This document shows, in pieces, positions 12,873 to 26,162 of a DNA stretch of 64,000 nucleotides. Under the pieces are notes generated by a model that saw nothing but the letters and a program-made list of their open reading frames with translations, did not search any database and had not been told where the DNA came from. The stretch comes from Camelus dromedarius. Taxonomy: Eukaryota. How positions within the stretch are numbered: the stretch's first letter is position 1; the number at the start of each line of letters is the position of its first letter. A program made the position numbers and the translations under genes. Location: assembly GCF_036321535.1 (NCBI RefSeq), contig NC_087436.1, positions 5,580,001 to 5,644,000 on the forward strand. The letters are read 5' to 3'.

Positions 12873-14633
12873 CTATAATACTTCATTAAGTTATATGTCA
12901 ATAATGTTTCAAAGTGGTATTCCATTTTCCATTTTGAAATTAGTTAATAAAAAATGCCATTATACTTGCTAACAAAAAAAGAAAGAAAATGATGTCTTTT
13001 ACTGCACGAATGGTGGCAGGAGTGCAGGGGGCACACAGATCCCTTATGGAAGCTGTGACTGCTCACTGTAACTCTGAACTCATCTATTGCTTTTACTTCC
13101 AGGTAAAGACAAAGCTGCAACGTATTCGTCAGGGTTTGTTCATGCTGCCAGCTGCAATCTGTATCCCAGAAGCGACTCTTCTTTCCTTGTGAAAAAAATA
13201 AAAACAAATCCACTCTGCTTCCCCCTTGTCTTGTCTGAGTGATAGCAGACCTAGAGTTCCATGTCATTCAGAGAAATGGCATCCAACCTGAGAAGCCAAG
13301 GCCTCTGACTCGTACCCTGTGTATCTCGTTGGGATTTTCATGTTTTCTGAATGGGCTAGGAGTAGGTTCTCCTTGGGGGAACTGTTAAAACCGAATGACT
13401 TTGTAAAGTGGAAAGACTAGGAGGCTTTGTTGCATTATTTGAAATGTGCTAAGTGAAATGAAATCCAGCCGTGAACTATCAGGACCTCAGCAACCAGGAC
13501 GGACGTGATGCTAAATAGCAAAGCAGTGGTGTGTCCGTCTTCGGGGATGCTTTCTAAGGAGGGAGATTTCAAGACCTCTCTGGATGGTCTTGTTTAATCA
13601 CCAAATAACTCTTCCTGTCAAGAAGCTGGACGTGGTCTAACTGAATTTGGTCCTGCTGTCGTTTACACATCCCTTCTTTTAATCAGCCCTCGGAGAAGGA
13701 GGTGGAGAGGTCTCTGTTTCCTCAGCGTGACGTGACTGCCTCTACCTCGAGGCAGAGCAGAAACCACTCATTTGTTTTCTGTGTAAGGAACTCAGCTCTC
13801 AGACTCCTCAGAGCACACGAGTTTATACTCCGGTTTATTTTTCTCACTATGACCTCATTCCAACTTTGTTTTACTAAAACAAAAAGAATCGGGGCTTACT
13901 GGGTGAAACAGTAGTAATTTAAATTTAATTTTGATGCTAGTCGAGACTTGTATTCCAGATCACTGGTGTCATTTTATATTGAATACATTCCAGTCTTCCA
14001 TGGAGTTTTGAAAAACTCCAAAAACCGCACCCTGTGGACAACATACGTTCCCTGTGTAGTGTGTGGTGCTCCCTGATTTTTCTGTTGTTGTTGTTTTAAA
14101 TTTTTTTCTTTATTATTCTTGTATTTGGTTAGGAATCTAACCCTGCTATCTGTCAGCTCCGTGAGATCAGACAGCAGCGTTCACCTCTCTTGGCCTTAAT
14201 CACTTTGCTTGTGAAATTTGAATCGTGCGATTATCATCTCTGTGAAAATAACGTCCCAGGCACAGAGGAAGTGCCCAACAGATGCAGCATTTCTTCCTGA
14301 GCCCATTTTAGGTTTTCATATGTAATGCATGAGATTAACGCAGGTGTTCATTATGAAATATGGTGTGTGTTCTACCTCAGGAGTAAAATCACTCTCTTCA
14401 CACATGTAAACTACAGACGGGGAGCCAGCTTCACGGAGTGTGGTTTGCTTGTTACAAATTTACTGTGATGTGAGCTGCATGTCCTACTGTGTCCTCGGTC
14501 ATATCAAATGCTGAATTTCGGATGACATTACCTACAGTCGGTAGGCTATCTTTTTGTAGTTTTGTAAAGATTTTCACTCCTGGGCTTAAGGATTGATTTT
14601 TCTTCTTAGAAAGAGTGAGTGGTTATTGCTCTT

Positions 14634-14785
14634 TTTTCCCCCCAAATAATGAATTTAATTTTTAAATTAATTTTTTTACTGATGTCTAGTTAATTTACAA
14701 TGTTGTGTTAATTTCTGGTGTACAGCATAGTTATTCAGTTGTACGTATATATATGTATTTTTCTTTTTCATTGTTGGTTGTTACA
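14634..14785 (-). mobile_element. Short L1 3' end
   Basis: 'tttacaatgttgtgttaatttctggtgtacagcatag'; degenerate TSD gagtggttattgctctt / gaatggttattattctt. Confidence 0.8.
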
Positions 14786-16025
14786 GAATGGTTATTATTC
14801 TTAATCTTCACTGTTTCCTTGAAACAGCATTTCCTTAAAACTGCTTCCTGACAACGTGTCCTCAGACCCTAGTACAAAAGACTATTAAGTTTACATTTTA
14901 ATTTTGCATTTTCTGTTTTCACTTTGGTTTTCCACATTCTTGTTATAAAACAAGCGGTAAAAATTGAAAGCTACCATTTTTGACAGTTACAGTTTGCAAT
15001 TATATTAATTATGATTTAAATCATTTTCTTTCACTAGTAGATAAGAACACTTTTCTGGGCAACCCCTTTGATTTTGCCTCATCCAGATGCAGGTGACAGT
15101 GTGTAACACTTGGGACTTGTCAGAGGGGGTCTGTTACAGGTCTGAACACCTGTGCCTCCCAGCATCAGCCGGTACTTTCCAGGTGGATTTCCCCTGACCT
15201 TGGGCCAGGTTCTCTGAAGGAACGAACCCAGAGTCATCTTCTCCCAGCCTGTCACAAACAGGACGCACTGAAGACTTGACTTGGAATCTTGTGTCCCTAC
15301 ACACGTGCCGCATGTGATCTAGGAGACTTGGAGACCCCTGTCAAGTGCAAGGGACATAGCCTGGTGTTTTCTGTAGATGTGGGGTCGGAACGTGTGACTC
15401 TTACATTAGCAAGGTGCCCCGAAACGGACCCAGCAGGTGTGTAGACTCAGTCCGTGGAAGAGAGGGGAGAGGTCCGGGGACGGCCGTGTGTATTTGACTG
15501 CAGGTGCACACGCAGTCGCACGCGGGACTGTCACATCCGTCCAGGACTGGGGCCCGCCAGGGGCGCCGGCTGCTGGCTGCAGGGGGCCCCGGGGAGAGGG
15601 GGCCACCTGAGGTCTGTGAGCCCCGAGAAGGCTGAGACCAAGCTGTGCAGCCGCAGTGGAGACCAAGTACAGCTCCGATCTCAAGGGAACTTCGCGTTTT
15701 AGGCCAGCACCGGGACCCAGGCAGGGCGTGCGAGGAGATGGAGTTGGTACAGCAGGTGGACGCATCGCTGGGATCTGGAGGAAGCTGGGTTTGACTCTGG
15801 TGTACAAGACAGAGATGCCCAGTCTCTGCTTTTGTCATTCTCACTGGGAACTCATTCCTTACTCTTTTATCAAATATAAACTTTGCCTGGTTTAAAATGC
15901 CTTCCCCCAGCACCTCTGGATAATGAATTCTCTGCTATAGTCCACATCCTCTTTTTCCTCCTTTCTTCTAAAAATATTTTCAGGACCTCTTATGCACCAA
16001 CCATGGTGCTGAAGGATAAGAAACT

Positions 16026-16396
16026 AGTTAGTATCTGCAAATCTCGAATTCCCGATTTATCCCTTCCCCCCCACGTCCCCCTGGTAACCATAAGTTTGTT
16101 CTCTATGTCTGTGAGTCTGTTTCTGTTTTGTAAGTAAGTTTATTTGTGTCCTTTTTTAGATTCCACAGATACTACTATATATAAAATAACAAGGACCTAC
16201 TGTATAGCACAGTTACAGTATGTTATATATGTTATAGTAACCTATAATGAAAAAGAATATGAAAATGAATATATGTATGTACATGTATGACTGAAGCTTT
16301 TATGCTGTACACCAGAAATTGACACAACATTGTAAACTGACCAGACTTCAATTTAAAAAATAAAATTTCATTTTACAGTGACAAAAAATAATAAAC
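16026..16396 (+). mobile_element. 5'-inverted L1 3' end inserted in an L2-like fragment
   Basis: Antisense 3'UTR (about 16029-16164), then sense 3'UTR and A tail; TSD taagaaact at 16017-16025 and 16397-16405. Confidence 0.85.
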
Positions 16397-16974
16397 TAAG
16401 AAACTGCCCTCCAGAGGTCTGTAATCTCGGGAGGGACTTTATGAACATTCAAAGCCTTTTTAAAAATCCCTCTGCATTTCCTCCGTGGAGTCCCTTCAGA
16501 CTATCCCTATCCTCTGACTATTTGAGAACTTCATATAACCTGAATGTAGGAAATATTTATTTGTCAATCATACTTCAATAAAGCTAGGGAAAGGCTTTCT
16601 CTTTTCTGTTATGTATATAATAGAAATTTATATATTTAAATAATAATAGTAAATATATTTAAATTTAAATTATATTTATATTTAAATCATACATTTAAAT
16701 AGTGATATTAATAATACGAAAATAATATATAATAGAAAAGAGAAAGATGTATAAATAAAGATTTACGTTGTAGCGAAGAGAATATACATCTCTGTATATT
16801 TGAAAGAGCTTAGACGCGTCTGTCAACACAAAAACAAGGTCCTCATCTCCTGTGAAGCCCTTTTTGGACCCCTAATCCTCACTGTCCTCAGCACCTTTAG
16901 AACTTCCAAACGATTTTCATCGTAGTGTGGAATTACAGACTCATCAGAGCTGCGAAAGATTTGCTATCACTTCT

Positions 16975-17150
16975 CTACCAGTTTTTAACACAAGGAGAAA
17001 TTAACCCCAGAAGATACGGGAGTGATTTAGTTAGGGGTAACACAGCTGTCTACACAAAGAGCTGGGATCTGTTGCTAGAGCTCCTGACTCGAGTCCGTCG
17101 GGTGCCTGGCGAAGTGCCCGGGACACAGAAGACACTCACTGAGTGATGCT
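16975..17150. mobile_element. MIR (-) and L2 3' end (+) fragments
   Basis: 'tttttaacacaaggagaaatta...ggtaacacagct' and 'gtgcccgggacacagaagacactcactgagtg'. Confidence 0.5.
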
Positions 17151-18540
17151 TCTTCGCCAGGTGTCAGTTTGGTTCGTCACTGCTTTGCAGTTTCTTTAAG
17201 AACAGAAGATGCTCTCCCTTTGTGTTGTGTGCCTCCCGGGGGCAGAGCTGAGGCAGCTGTAGGCAGTGAGCCTGTATTTACCGATTAATTGTCAGGGCAA
17301 GCCTCTTTCTCTTTACTTCCATGGGGAGGAAGTAAAATCTGGCAGGACAATCACCACATTAGTGTAAGGTCTGTGCTCACTGTGTCTTTATTGTAAAGAA
17401 GACCTATGGTTCCTGAACCCTGCCGTCAAGCAGTGGACATGTACTGGGGCCATTACTCTAGTGAAAATGATTATTGAGTGTTCGTTCATATTGCAAAAAA
17501 CTGGCTGTTGGGATCTGCAGATATTTTTCAGAGTTACCATGATGCACCCACTCCTTAAGCTGGAATTAGTGATTATGCATTAACGGACTGCTAGGAATTA
17601 TTGCAGCCCACAAATTCAAGGGAAATGGTTCCATTTTTGTTGAGATATTTAAAGCTCCAAGCTTTACATTCCAGGCACAAGTTTAGCTACTTCAATACTA
17701 CATTCCTGGAAGAAAGATATTGTTCCATGGAAAGCAAAATTAGAAGCATGGAACCATATGTGATTAATGTTCTACTTGTTGAAGAATCTTATTGAATTGG
17801 TATGCACCTGAATTTAAAGTGAATGACTATATTTTAGGAGACTAGGGGCTTAGGAAAGAGACTGTCAGGTGTGCTCTGTGCTGTCACTGAGACATGGGAG
17901 GTTCCTGATTGCATCCTGGGTGACAGCTGGAGCTGGGTCAATGTTCATATTTGAAGAAACAGTGTTAGTTATAAGGTGGGTCTTTCCAGCCTGGACATGG
18001 TGAGCATTAAATAAACATCTAGAGACCTTTCCTCCTTATTCATCCTGAAGTAGGACCAGGTCCAGCTTTGAAGATTTCCACGGCCCAGTCCCTTGTCATG
18101 ATTGCAGGATACAGATCTATACCGAAGGCAAAGGAGATAAAATATAAAAACACATGAACACCTCCACTCTCAAGTTAAAGCTCACCATCAAAACAAGAAG
18201 GCCATCTTGGTCCCCAACAAATACAGCGAATGATGAAAAGGATATGATAACCTTGGTATGTAATAAAAAGGCCTTCCCCACACCCTTTTACAATAACTGT
18301 CATCTCCTTAACTTTTTCCTGAAGTTAAAGTACATCCTCTCCTGTACTTCGTGATCCCGGGGACATCATAGGACTGCAGTCCAGGGACCAGAAAGTGATG
18401 AGAGAGAGAGGGCTTCCCACCATCCTGCCGTGTTTGCTTTTCCTCCTCTTCTTCTCCATCCTTCTGCCCCATCTCTCAGTAACAGAGCATCCGTCCATGT
18501 AGGGGGTGAGGACTGTGAAGATATAAAACCTTGGAAATAG

Positions 18541-18960
18541 TATCCATTGCGTATGCACACCACGTCGTCTTTGTCTGCTCACTGTCAGAGGACATGCAGG
18601 TTGCTTCCAGGTCTTGGCTGTTATAAACTGTGCTTCTGTGAACCTTGGGGTGCCTGTATCTTTTTGGATCAGAGTTTCCTCCAGGGGGAAGGGGGTGGGA
18701 AGGGATAAATTAGGAGTTGACTATTTGCAGACACTACTAGACAGAAAATCGATAAACAACAAGTTTCTTTTGTACAGCACAAGGAACTATATTCAGTATC
18801 TTGTAGTAACCTATAGTGAAAAAATATGAAAATGAACATACGTTTGTATATGTATGACTAAAACATTATGCTGTACACCAGAAATTGATATAACATTATA
18901 AACTGACTATGCTTCAATTAAAAAAAAAAAAAACAGGCAAAGAAAAAAAAAAAAAGAACC
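18541..18960 (+). mobile_element. 5'-inverted L1 3' end
   Basis: Antisense segment to about 18683, 'ccag' junction, sense 3'UTR and poly(A); TSD cttggaaatag at 18530-18540 and 18963-18973. Confidence 0.88.
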
Positions 18961-20169
18961 AACTTGGAAATAGGAACAGAAGTCTAATTTCCTCACTTCC
19001 CCGGACCTGATGGTTTAATGGCACCTGTCCCCAAACCTTATCTATCTTCAAGTTTTATATGTAATCAGGTCATTTTCAATAAAGGTGTGCAATAGAAAAT
19101 AGGAGAGAGGGTGGAACACATGTCATTGTCCCAGAGGACATGGAGAATCGTGGAAAGGAGGGGGTCACCCCATGCGGATGCCTTTAAAAATATTTCCTGA
19201 GAAGTTGGATTCTTAAAAGAGAAGCAAAATCACACTTGTATCCTGGGAGGAGCAGGACAAAACCGATATGAATTCCTGCTAGTACTTTAAAAAAAATTTC
19301 TTTTAGTCTATTCATTGAACTCCTTTGTTCACTAACAGAATGAAGCTTTTTCATTGGACTTGGTTCAGGTAAAAACTTCCTCTTAGGAGTCACTTTATTC
19401 CTTGAGTTACTTTTTTTTCTTTTTGACTTTGCCTCTAGTTTTTCTTGGCACTGACAGCCCTCTGATGCCCGCCATTAATGTGGACGTAATTTATGAACGG
19501 ATTAGGAAGCCATGAAGATGCGTTATCTTTCTAATAAAGAAGGGGCAGAGATGAGTGCTCCTCCGATAATGCAGCCAGCAGCGGACACTGGCACCATTAA
19601 ATGTGCATTTTCTAAGATTAGGTTTTGCTTCACGTAACTGTGGGTACGGAAATTCAGGGGAAAATGGATATTGATTCAACTCATTCATTTTAAGATTAAT
19701 GTAATCAGTAGTGCCATTTGGCCAGCTGCCTTATATACAGTCCAATGAGTCTCAAAGTGTCCTCTAAGGATCCTGGTGATTCTTGGGACCGTAGCAGAGA
19801 GTCTTTGAAGTCAAACTTATTTTTTATAATAATCAAGACCCTGTCCTTCGGCTTGGTTGGCTTTGAGCTGATGGTGGAAAAGCATCCATTAGCAGGAACC
19901 AAGACAGCGGTCCCAAGCCCTGCGGAGAAGCCCTTGTATCCATCGCTGTCACGCAATCATCCACAAAGGATTTTTGCTCAAGAATGTCTGTCACAAAGCA
20001 CTAGACGTTGTAGATTGGACTGAATCTGAATCCTTAAGTCGACATCTTCCTTATTCTGTGAAACAAAATGAAAAGTATGTCTGAAGCACTTAGCTATTTG
20101 TTTACTTACTACATTGACTACCTTTTATGTGAAGGAGAGTTACTTAGATAATTATTTAGATTTGATTAT

Positions 20170-21021
20170 TTCAGCAATATTTTTGGGAGAGGGACAGAGT
20201 GAGTCTGTCACTTTAAGGAAAAGAGCTGACAATTTTCGGTGCCAATTACAATACTTAAGCTTTTAAGTTAAAAATAGATTTTTTGAAAACTTGAATCTGC
20301 CTCTGTGACTTTGTCTCCTTCTCAATAATTAAACACTTCTCAGATAAGAGGACATACTGAGGAATGCGACATTTTGATATTGTATAATTAGCTGTGTCAA
20401 CATTTGCTTAACTTAGTGAGGTTTTCCAGATGACCAATGCACATTATTACTGATTGTGGATGAGTAAAAGATACACTCAAAGCACAAGATACATCAGTAG
20501 CTTTCAATGGAAGAGAATTTAAAAACGTTCATTTATATGGATTCAGATTCCACATTACAGTGAACCTTTAAGGAACTACCACTTGCCAACGTCTAGTGTG
20601 GTTTCAAAGAATAGTTTCCACAATAAGCTGAAAAGGCTCTCAAAATACTTGCCACTTTTAAAACTGCATATACATGTGAAGACAGATTTTCTTAAGATAT
20701 GGCCACCAAAGTCAAATATGAGAATCTAGCTCTTTTTTTGTTAACCTTAAAGAGATTTGCAAAAATGGAAAACAATGCTATTCTTTTCCTTCTTTTTGCA
20801 CAATATCGTCATGTTTCACAACATATGTTGTTGATATTAGTTTGTGATGGACATATTATTGTCTTGAGTTGATTCATAAGTGACAACTGCAAACATTTGT
20901 TTTAATTTAAAACACAGTAAGCAGGGCTAAGTATAACTCACGTAAACCAAGTCTCTTTGGGGTCCTCGATAATTTTTAAGGGTGTAAAAGAATGATGAGC
21001 CCCAAATGTTTGAGAAGTGCT
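20170..21021 (+). mobile_element. Charlie1-type hAT DNA transposon, 3' part
   Basis: 'ttcagattccacattacagtgaacctttaaggaactaccacttg', 'aaagagatttgcaaaaatg' and terminal 'tttgagaagtgct' match decayed Charlie1. Confidence 0.75.
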
Positions 21022-21599
21022 ATGTCTGGAGATTTTCTACCGGTGGGATTTCAAAGCCTGAATTGAAAATGTCATGATAACCAGAATGTACAAATTTGGA
21101 ATGTCAACATTTTGTTTGATCAATCTCTTACACAAAAGCTTATTGAAATGACGGTATTTGGGGGAAAATTGCTTCTTTAAAGGGATCTAAACATTCAGTG
21201 AGGCTCCGTGGTGCTTCCCTTTTCAGATCTCAAAAAATTGATACAGGCAGAGAATTTCATTGAAAATTTTAACCCAGCGCTGAGTTGAGCTCAAAGTCTG
21301 TTATCATCCTGCCTTTTTCACGCCTGCTTCTAGTACAGATCCTGCTCCCCCAACCCCGCTTCTAGCAAAAAGCAAAGTTTCTTCTGTTGATAACAGAAAA
21401 AAAGCAAAATAAACAGTAGATAAAAATTCTTTTTATGCATTCTTGTAAAAGATTGGTCAAATACAAGCAAAAATAAATCCATTTATCCAAAGAGTGGTCT
21501 TTTGAGAAATAATTTAAAATAAAAGTGCATGCAGACATTTTTTTTTACAATGGCAATCATGGGGTTAGACTAAAAATAAGAGAAAATAATGCATTATTT

Positions 21600-22500
21600 T
21601 TTTTGTCCAGAAACTCAAAATATACATGTGTGATTATAATCTAGGGATAAAGGACATTGCTCAGTTATTGAAGGGAAAAGTTTCATTAGTCTATTAATGA
21701 TTTGGGGACAATTGGATAATCATTCAGGAAGATCACATAAGTTCCCCACTTCCTGTATGTCCTGCATGTGTAGAACATATAGAAAAGTCCATTGACCATC
21801 CAGGGGTGGAAGTGGTCTATCCTAGCATATATCCAAAGATCACGAGCCACAGAGGAAAAGGTTCATAGATTTGACAACAGAAAACTCAAAATTTCTAACT
21901 TGTGTTACTCTTTTGAAAAATGACCAAAAAAAAAAAAACTTATTGGGAAAATATTTTTAATATATGCAATTAACAAATGGTCAGTATCTATAGTGTGTCA
22001 TGTCTGTAAAGGGCTCTGATCACTAGGAAAAGGCAAGCTTTGTTAAGGGTCAGGAAATGCAACAAGAGGAGATACGTGTACCCAGCAAACACAGGAGTAA
22101 TTTGCCGAACTGACAATGTCATAAAGATCAGGACTGCCCAGAGTTGGGGTGTGAGAAACGGGCTCTCATGTCCGGTCAGAAGGATTTCAGAATGTCCAGA
22201 TGTGATCTCCGCACTGGCAGTTCCACATCCAGGAGTTTATTCGTGGGATCTTCACATACGTGCTCAAAAGCATAAGTAAAGGACGTTCATCGTTTTCAGT
22301 GGGAAAAATTCGGGAACGAACTAAGGGGTCACCAATAATGAGTTAAATAAATGATGGCCAATCAACTTGACAGGCTTCTGTACAGGTGGGAAAAGATATG
22401 TAGTTTATATACAATGAGATAGAAATGTCTGGTCATACGTTAAGTATAAAAATACTGATTCTTTTTATAAAAATATAAAATACATGTATATGTGCATTGA
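21600..22500 (+). mobile_element. Old L1 (L1ME-like) ORF2/3' fragments
   Basis: 'ggggacaattggataatcatt', 'atagatttgacaac', 'gcagttccacatccaggagtttat'. Confidence 0.55.
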
Positions 22501-23281
22501 TAACATGTCTTTGGAAGGTTTACACCAAGTATCTCTTTGTATAGTGAGGGGTGCTTTGAATCAGTGATGCAGTTACGAGAGATTTTCATTTTCTTTAACT
22601 GTTTGATTTATCCTTTCTTTTTTTTCCTTTTTTTTTTTTAAAAGAGATTACAGTGAGCATGCATTAGTGGCAAATGTAATTAGATTTCAGGCTTATCCTT
22701 ACCAAACACAAGACTTGACTAGAGTGGGCCCATTAAATATTAATTAAAATTTCTACTGAGATGAAAACAACATGGTCAGCTCACAAGATGGACGCACCTT
22801 AAAGCATTGATTTGAAATATAAATTAACTCCTAAATTATGGCCACACTGGACCCTTTGATGCTGAGGGAGTTAACTTTCTGTGGGCGCCATTCTCCCTTT
22901 AAGTGGTTAATTTCTTGTAATTGAAGAGCTGGCCAATGCAATCTAGCTGACACTTCCAAACTCTCTGAAGACGACGACGGGTGAGTTTATAACTGAAACT
23001 CCGGTGAGTTTCAACTTTTCTTCTCTCATGGCTTGCTATCTTGAAGGTCTGAAGCATGAGCTCTGGGAAGTGTGGAAAGGAAGATGATTCAACCATCAAG
23101 AGAGCGAAATGTGAATGCTCTATAAGCGGCTTGATTTCTCTGATGCTTAACCATCATACTTTATACTAATGCAAACTGGAATTAAATTACAGGTCATTGT
23201 GAGTAGTGAGTGAGATATTTTTGTGCAGGCACTATCTTTGTAGTCAAGTTTTTAAAAAATAAAAACCACTTCTCATTCTAG

Positions 23282-23371
23282 TTTTAGTAAAGCCCCTGAA
23301 AAACTAACCCAAGTTGAAAGAAATCAGCTATATCGTGAAACACATCGTATCCCCAAATATAGCAGCTGCAG
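23282..23371 (+). other. Candidate 90-nt exon (unverified)
   Basis: cttctcattctag| acceptor and CAG|gtaaga donor; one open frame FSKAPEKLTQVERNQLYRETHRIPKYSSC; protein not recognised. Confidence 0.25.
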
Positions 23372-25977
23372 GTAAGAAGCGTTTGCTCCAATACTACCTT
23401 GAAACGTAGTCTTACTCTATTGGAAGAAAATTGTGAAAGAACTTGAGGGAGACAAAAGAGGGAGCTGGCAGGGGAAGATGAGTGATTAGAGCAGGACCCC
23501 AAAACTAAGGCTGTACTGTGGTTTAGTTCCCTGCATGGAATCAGGGTAGTTTCTATGAAGAGTGCAAAGCTTAAAAAAAGAAAATACACGGCCGAGCTGG
23601 CGTGTTCATTGTCCAGCCGAACCGGGCACTGTATTACATATTAATGCTCTTTTAATAATAGTATATTGGTAAAATATGAAAATTTTGTGTGTTAATATAA
23701 GATAATGAATTTGAAAAATGCGGGTCATAGGTTCAGATGGTATGTGAATTAATAAATAGTTACAAGCGAGCAGGGGCTGTGGCTTCAGGGAAGGGAAAAA
23801 TGGGGTGACCTGGAGTATGGACTGAAGGGGAGGACGCTGAGGTGGGTCTGGGACAATAGTTGGGATTCAGTTCAAAGGCAGACCCTGGAGAGCTTGGAAT
23901 AGATTCCAGAAACCACAGAGAAATTATCAGCAACTCACCCATCCACTTAGGAAGCTTTTTCTGTCATTTCTGATGAATTAGGGAAAAGGGTTTAATGTAA
24001 CGTCCCGCATCATCTAAATGTTTAAACATTTTGCCGTACGAATCAATGAAGGAATAAAAGCTGAACTATCAGCCAGGTAGGGAACTAGCATTTAAAGACA
24101 CACATTTTTTACTCTTCCTTTGTGATCTTTGCTACGGTATTGACACTTATTCTTTAAAAGCTAGCATGGCGGAACTCCATTCATTTAAAATTTGCGATCA
24201 GCTGCTGTCTTTGTTCCTTACGGAAGCCCTGGTGTCGGTTGTTACCTTCCTTCTGTGAGTGAGGAGATCCAGGAACAGAGGGGTTGACTTTCCTGGTCTT
24301 GCATCCTCGAAGATCTGAGGTTGGGTCCATCCCTGACCCACTCACAGTCTGCGGTTTTTATTTTTACTGGGCCCTGCTGCGCTCAGACGTCTCTGCTTTC
24401 TCCTTCCACTGTTTAACCGCTCCCTGAGGTCGTTACTGGTTCATGGAATTTATTTTGCTCTTTCCCACCACTGAGAGATTTTATTTTTACTGCTCTGGAG
24501 CCTGAGAGAGTGAATGTGTCTTAAAAACGTAGGTCTAGCTGCTTCTGAGCACTGAGCACCGGCCTACTCTCCCTAAATATTATTTGCAGTCGGTGTTTTG
24601 AATTACTTCCCCATCTATAACACAGGAAATAACAACGTGTAGTGGAAACGCATTTGTGAAAATCGTCAGGATGAACTTCCGAAGGAGCGTTCATCCCAGT
24701 GCCTCAGCATTGCCGTAGAGACCGGAATACGGTTTTCTTTCGGCATCAGTCCTTTTCTTCTGAAAAACGGTGAAGAGAATTTATTAAATGAAATGAAAAA
24801 TGGTGGGAACAAACTAAATTTTCTACTACAGATAATTTTATCCAATGCAATTGGATAAAGGGTGTGGGAAGCCAGTCGCTGTGGCATTTTGCTGACGGAA
24901 ACTTAGTGTTGCTGAATCTTGAAAAGCTATCAAGGTCCCAGTGGTTCCGAAGCAGAAAGGAAGAGAAAGAAGTTTTAGAAGAAGAAGTGAAGGGGAAGGG
25001 GAAAAGCCTTTTGACCATCTTTGCTGTGATGTACAAATTACTGGGCGTCACGGGAGGGGCCCGCACCCTGGGACAGGGGAGCTCTCTGCCATGTTGGGGA
25101 AACGCCACTGGGCTTGTCACTTCACCCCTTTCCTCTGATGACCTGGATCGGTCCAGAAGACCAGTGGCGCCATCTCTCGGGAGACAGGTTATTCTCAGGC
25201 CATTTGGTGTCCCCGGTGATGTGGACCTTACCTTCCGCTCACCCTGTATCCCGGGGGAGGGACAAAGCAAAGTAATTGAAAAGAAGGAGGTCATGGAATG
25301 GTTCTGTTCTTCTGTTCCATTTTCATTCTGCATGATCTTCCTTGTCCATTTTGTTTACTCCCAGGTCTTCCCCTGCCGTTGTGTTACAGACGCCTGGCTC
25401 TCACCCTTCAGTGACACCACACTTGTGTCTCCAATTGTCACTTAAATTTGATTAGAAATTAACACACTGGAAAAAACAAATCCTGCTCACCCAGTGCTGG
25501 GCCACACCATTAAAACGGTACTTTCTTTCCTGTTGCCTTAACTGGATTAAGATGGGCTTTGATAACAACTATTATTTCTGTCTTCTTCTTGCTCACAAAC
25601 ATCCCTCTCTTCCTAAATTTAAATGCTTGCACAGTTTCCTCAGCTCTGTCCCCAGATTGGAAGGTCTGTCTCCATCCCGTTTTTCCTGTCGTGGTCATAA
25701 GCCTGCATCCCACTTTTATGACAACAGCGTTTATTGCTTCTGTGTCCCGTCTTTCTTCCTTATAGTCTATCTGCACACTGTACTTTTCAAATGTACAGCT
25801 TCCATCATGTCTTGCTCCTTTAGCAAGTGGTCTGTGGCTTCCTCTGCGGAGAAAACAATACAGGTTTCTCAGTCTTGACTTCTCCAGGCTTCGCTTTCTG
25901 GTCTTATCCCTTCATTCCAGGAACATCCTATCCTTCAGTCCTGTTGACTACTGACCAGTTTTTTAATTCGTACTGTT

Positions 25978-26162
25978 TTTTTTGTGTGTGTGTGTGTGCA
26001 TATATATACATATATTTATTGAAGTATGGTCAGTTGACAACATTGTGTCAATTTCTAGTGTACAGCACAATGCTTCAGTCACACATGAATATACATATAT
26101 TCATTTTCATATTCTTTTTCATCATGAGTTACTATAAGATATTGAATATAATTCCCTGTGCC
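25978..26162 (-). mobile_element. Short L1 3' end
   Basis: 'ttattgaagtatggtcagttgacaacattgtgtcaatttct...attccctgtgc'; TSD aattcgtactgtt / aattcacactgtt. Confidence 0.85.

Noticed and set aside
13085..13200. Possible terminal exon (ttttacttccag|GTAAAGACA...TGA, AATAAA)
   Set aside because: The peptide is unrecognised, the AATAAA lies in an A-run, and there is no supporting upstream coding exon; insufficient evidence.
15401..15913. Overlapping 130-170 aa ORFs
   Set aside because: Stop-poor GC-rich patch giving ORFs in several frames on both strands, with no homology.
24746..25445. The two longest ORFs (195 aa on -, 193 aa on +)
   Set aside because: They overlap in antisense, the + ORF starts at GTG, and neither has a recognisable domain or clear exon boundaries; consistent with chance.
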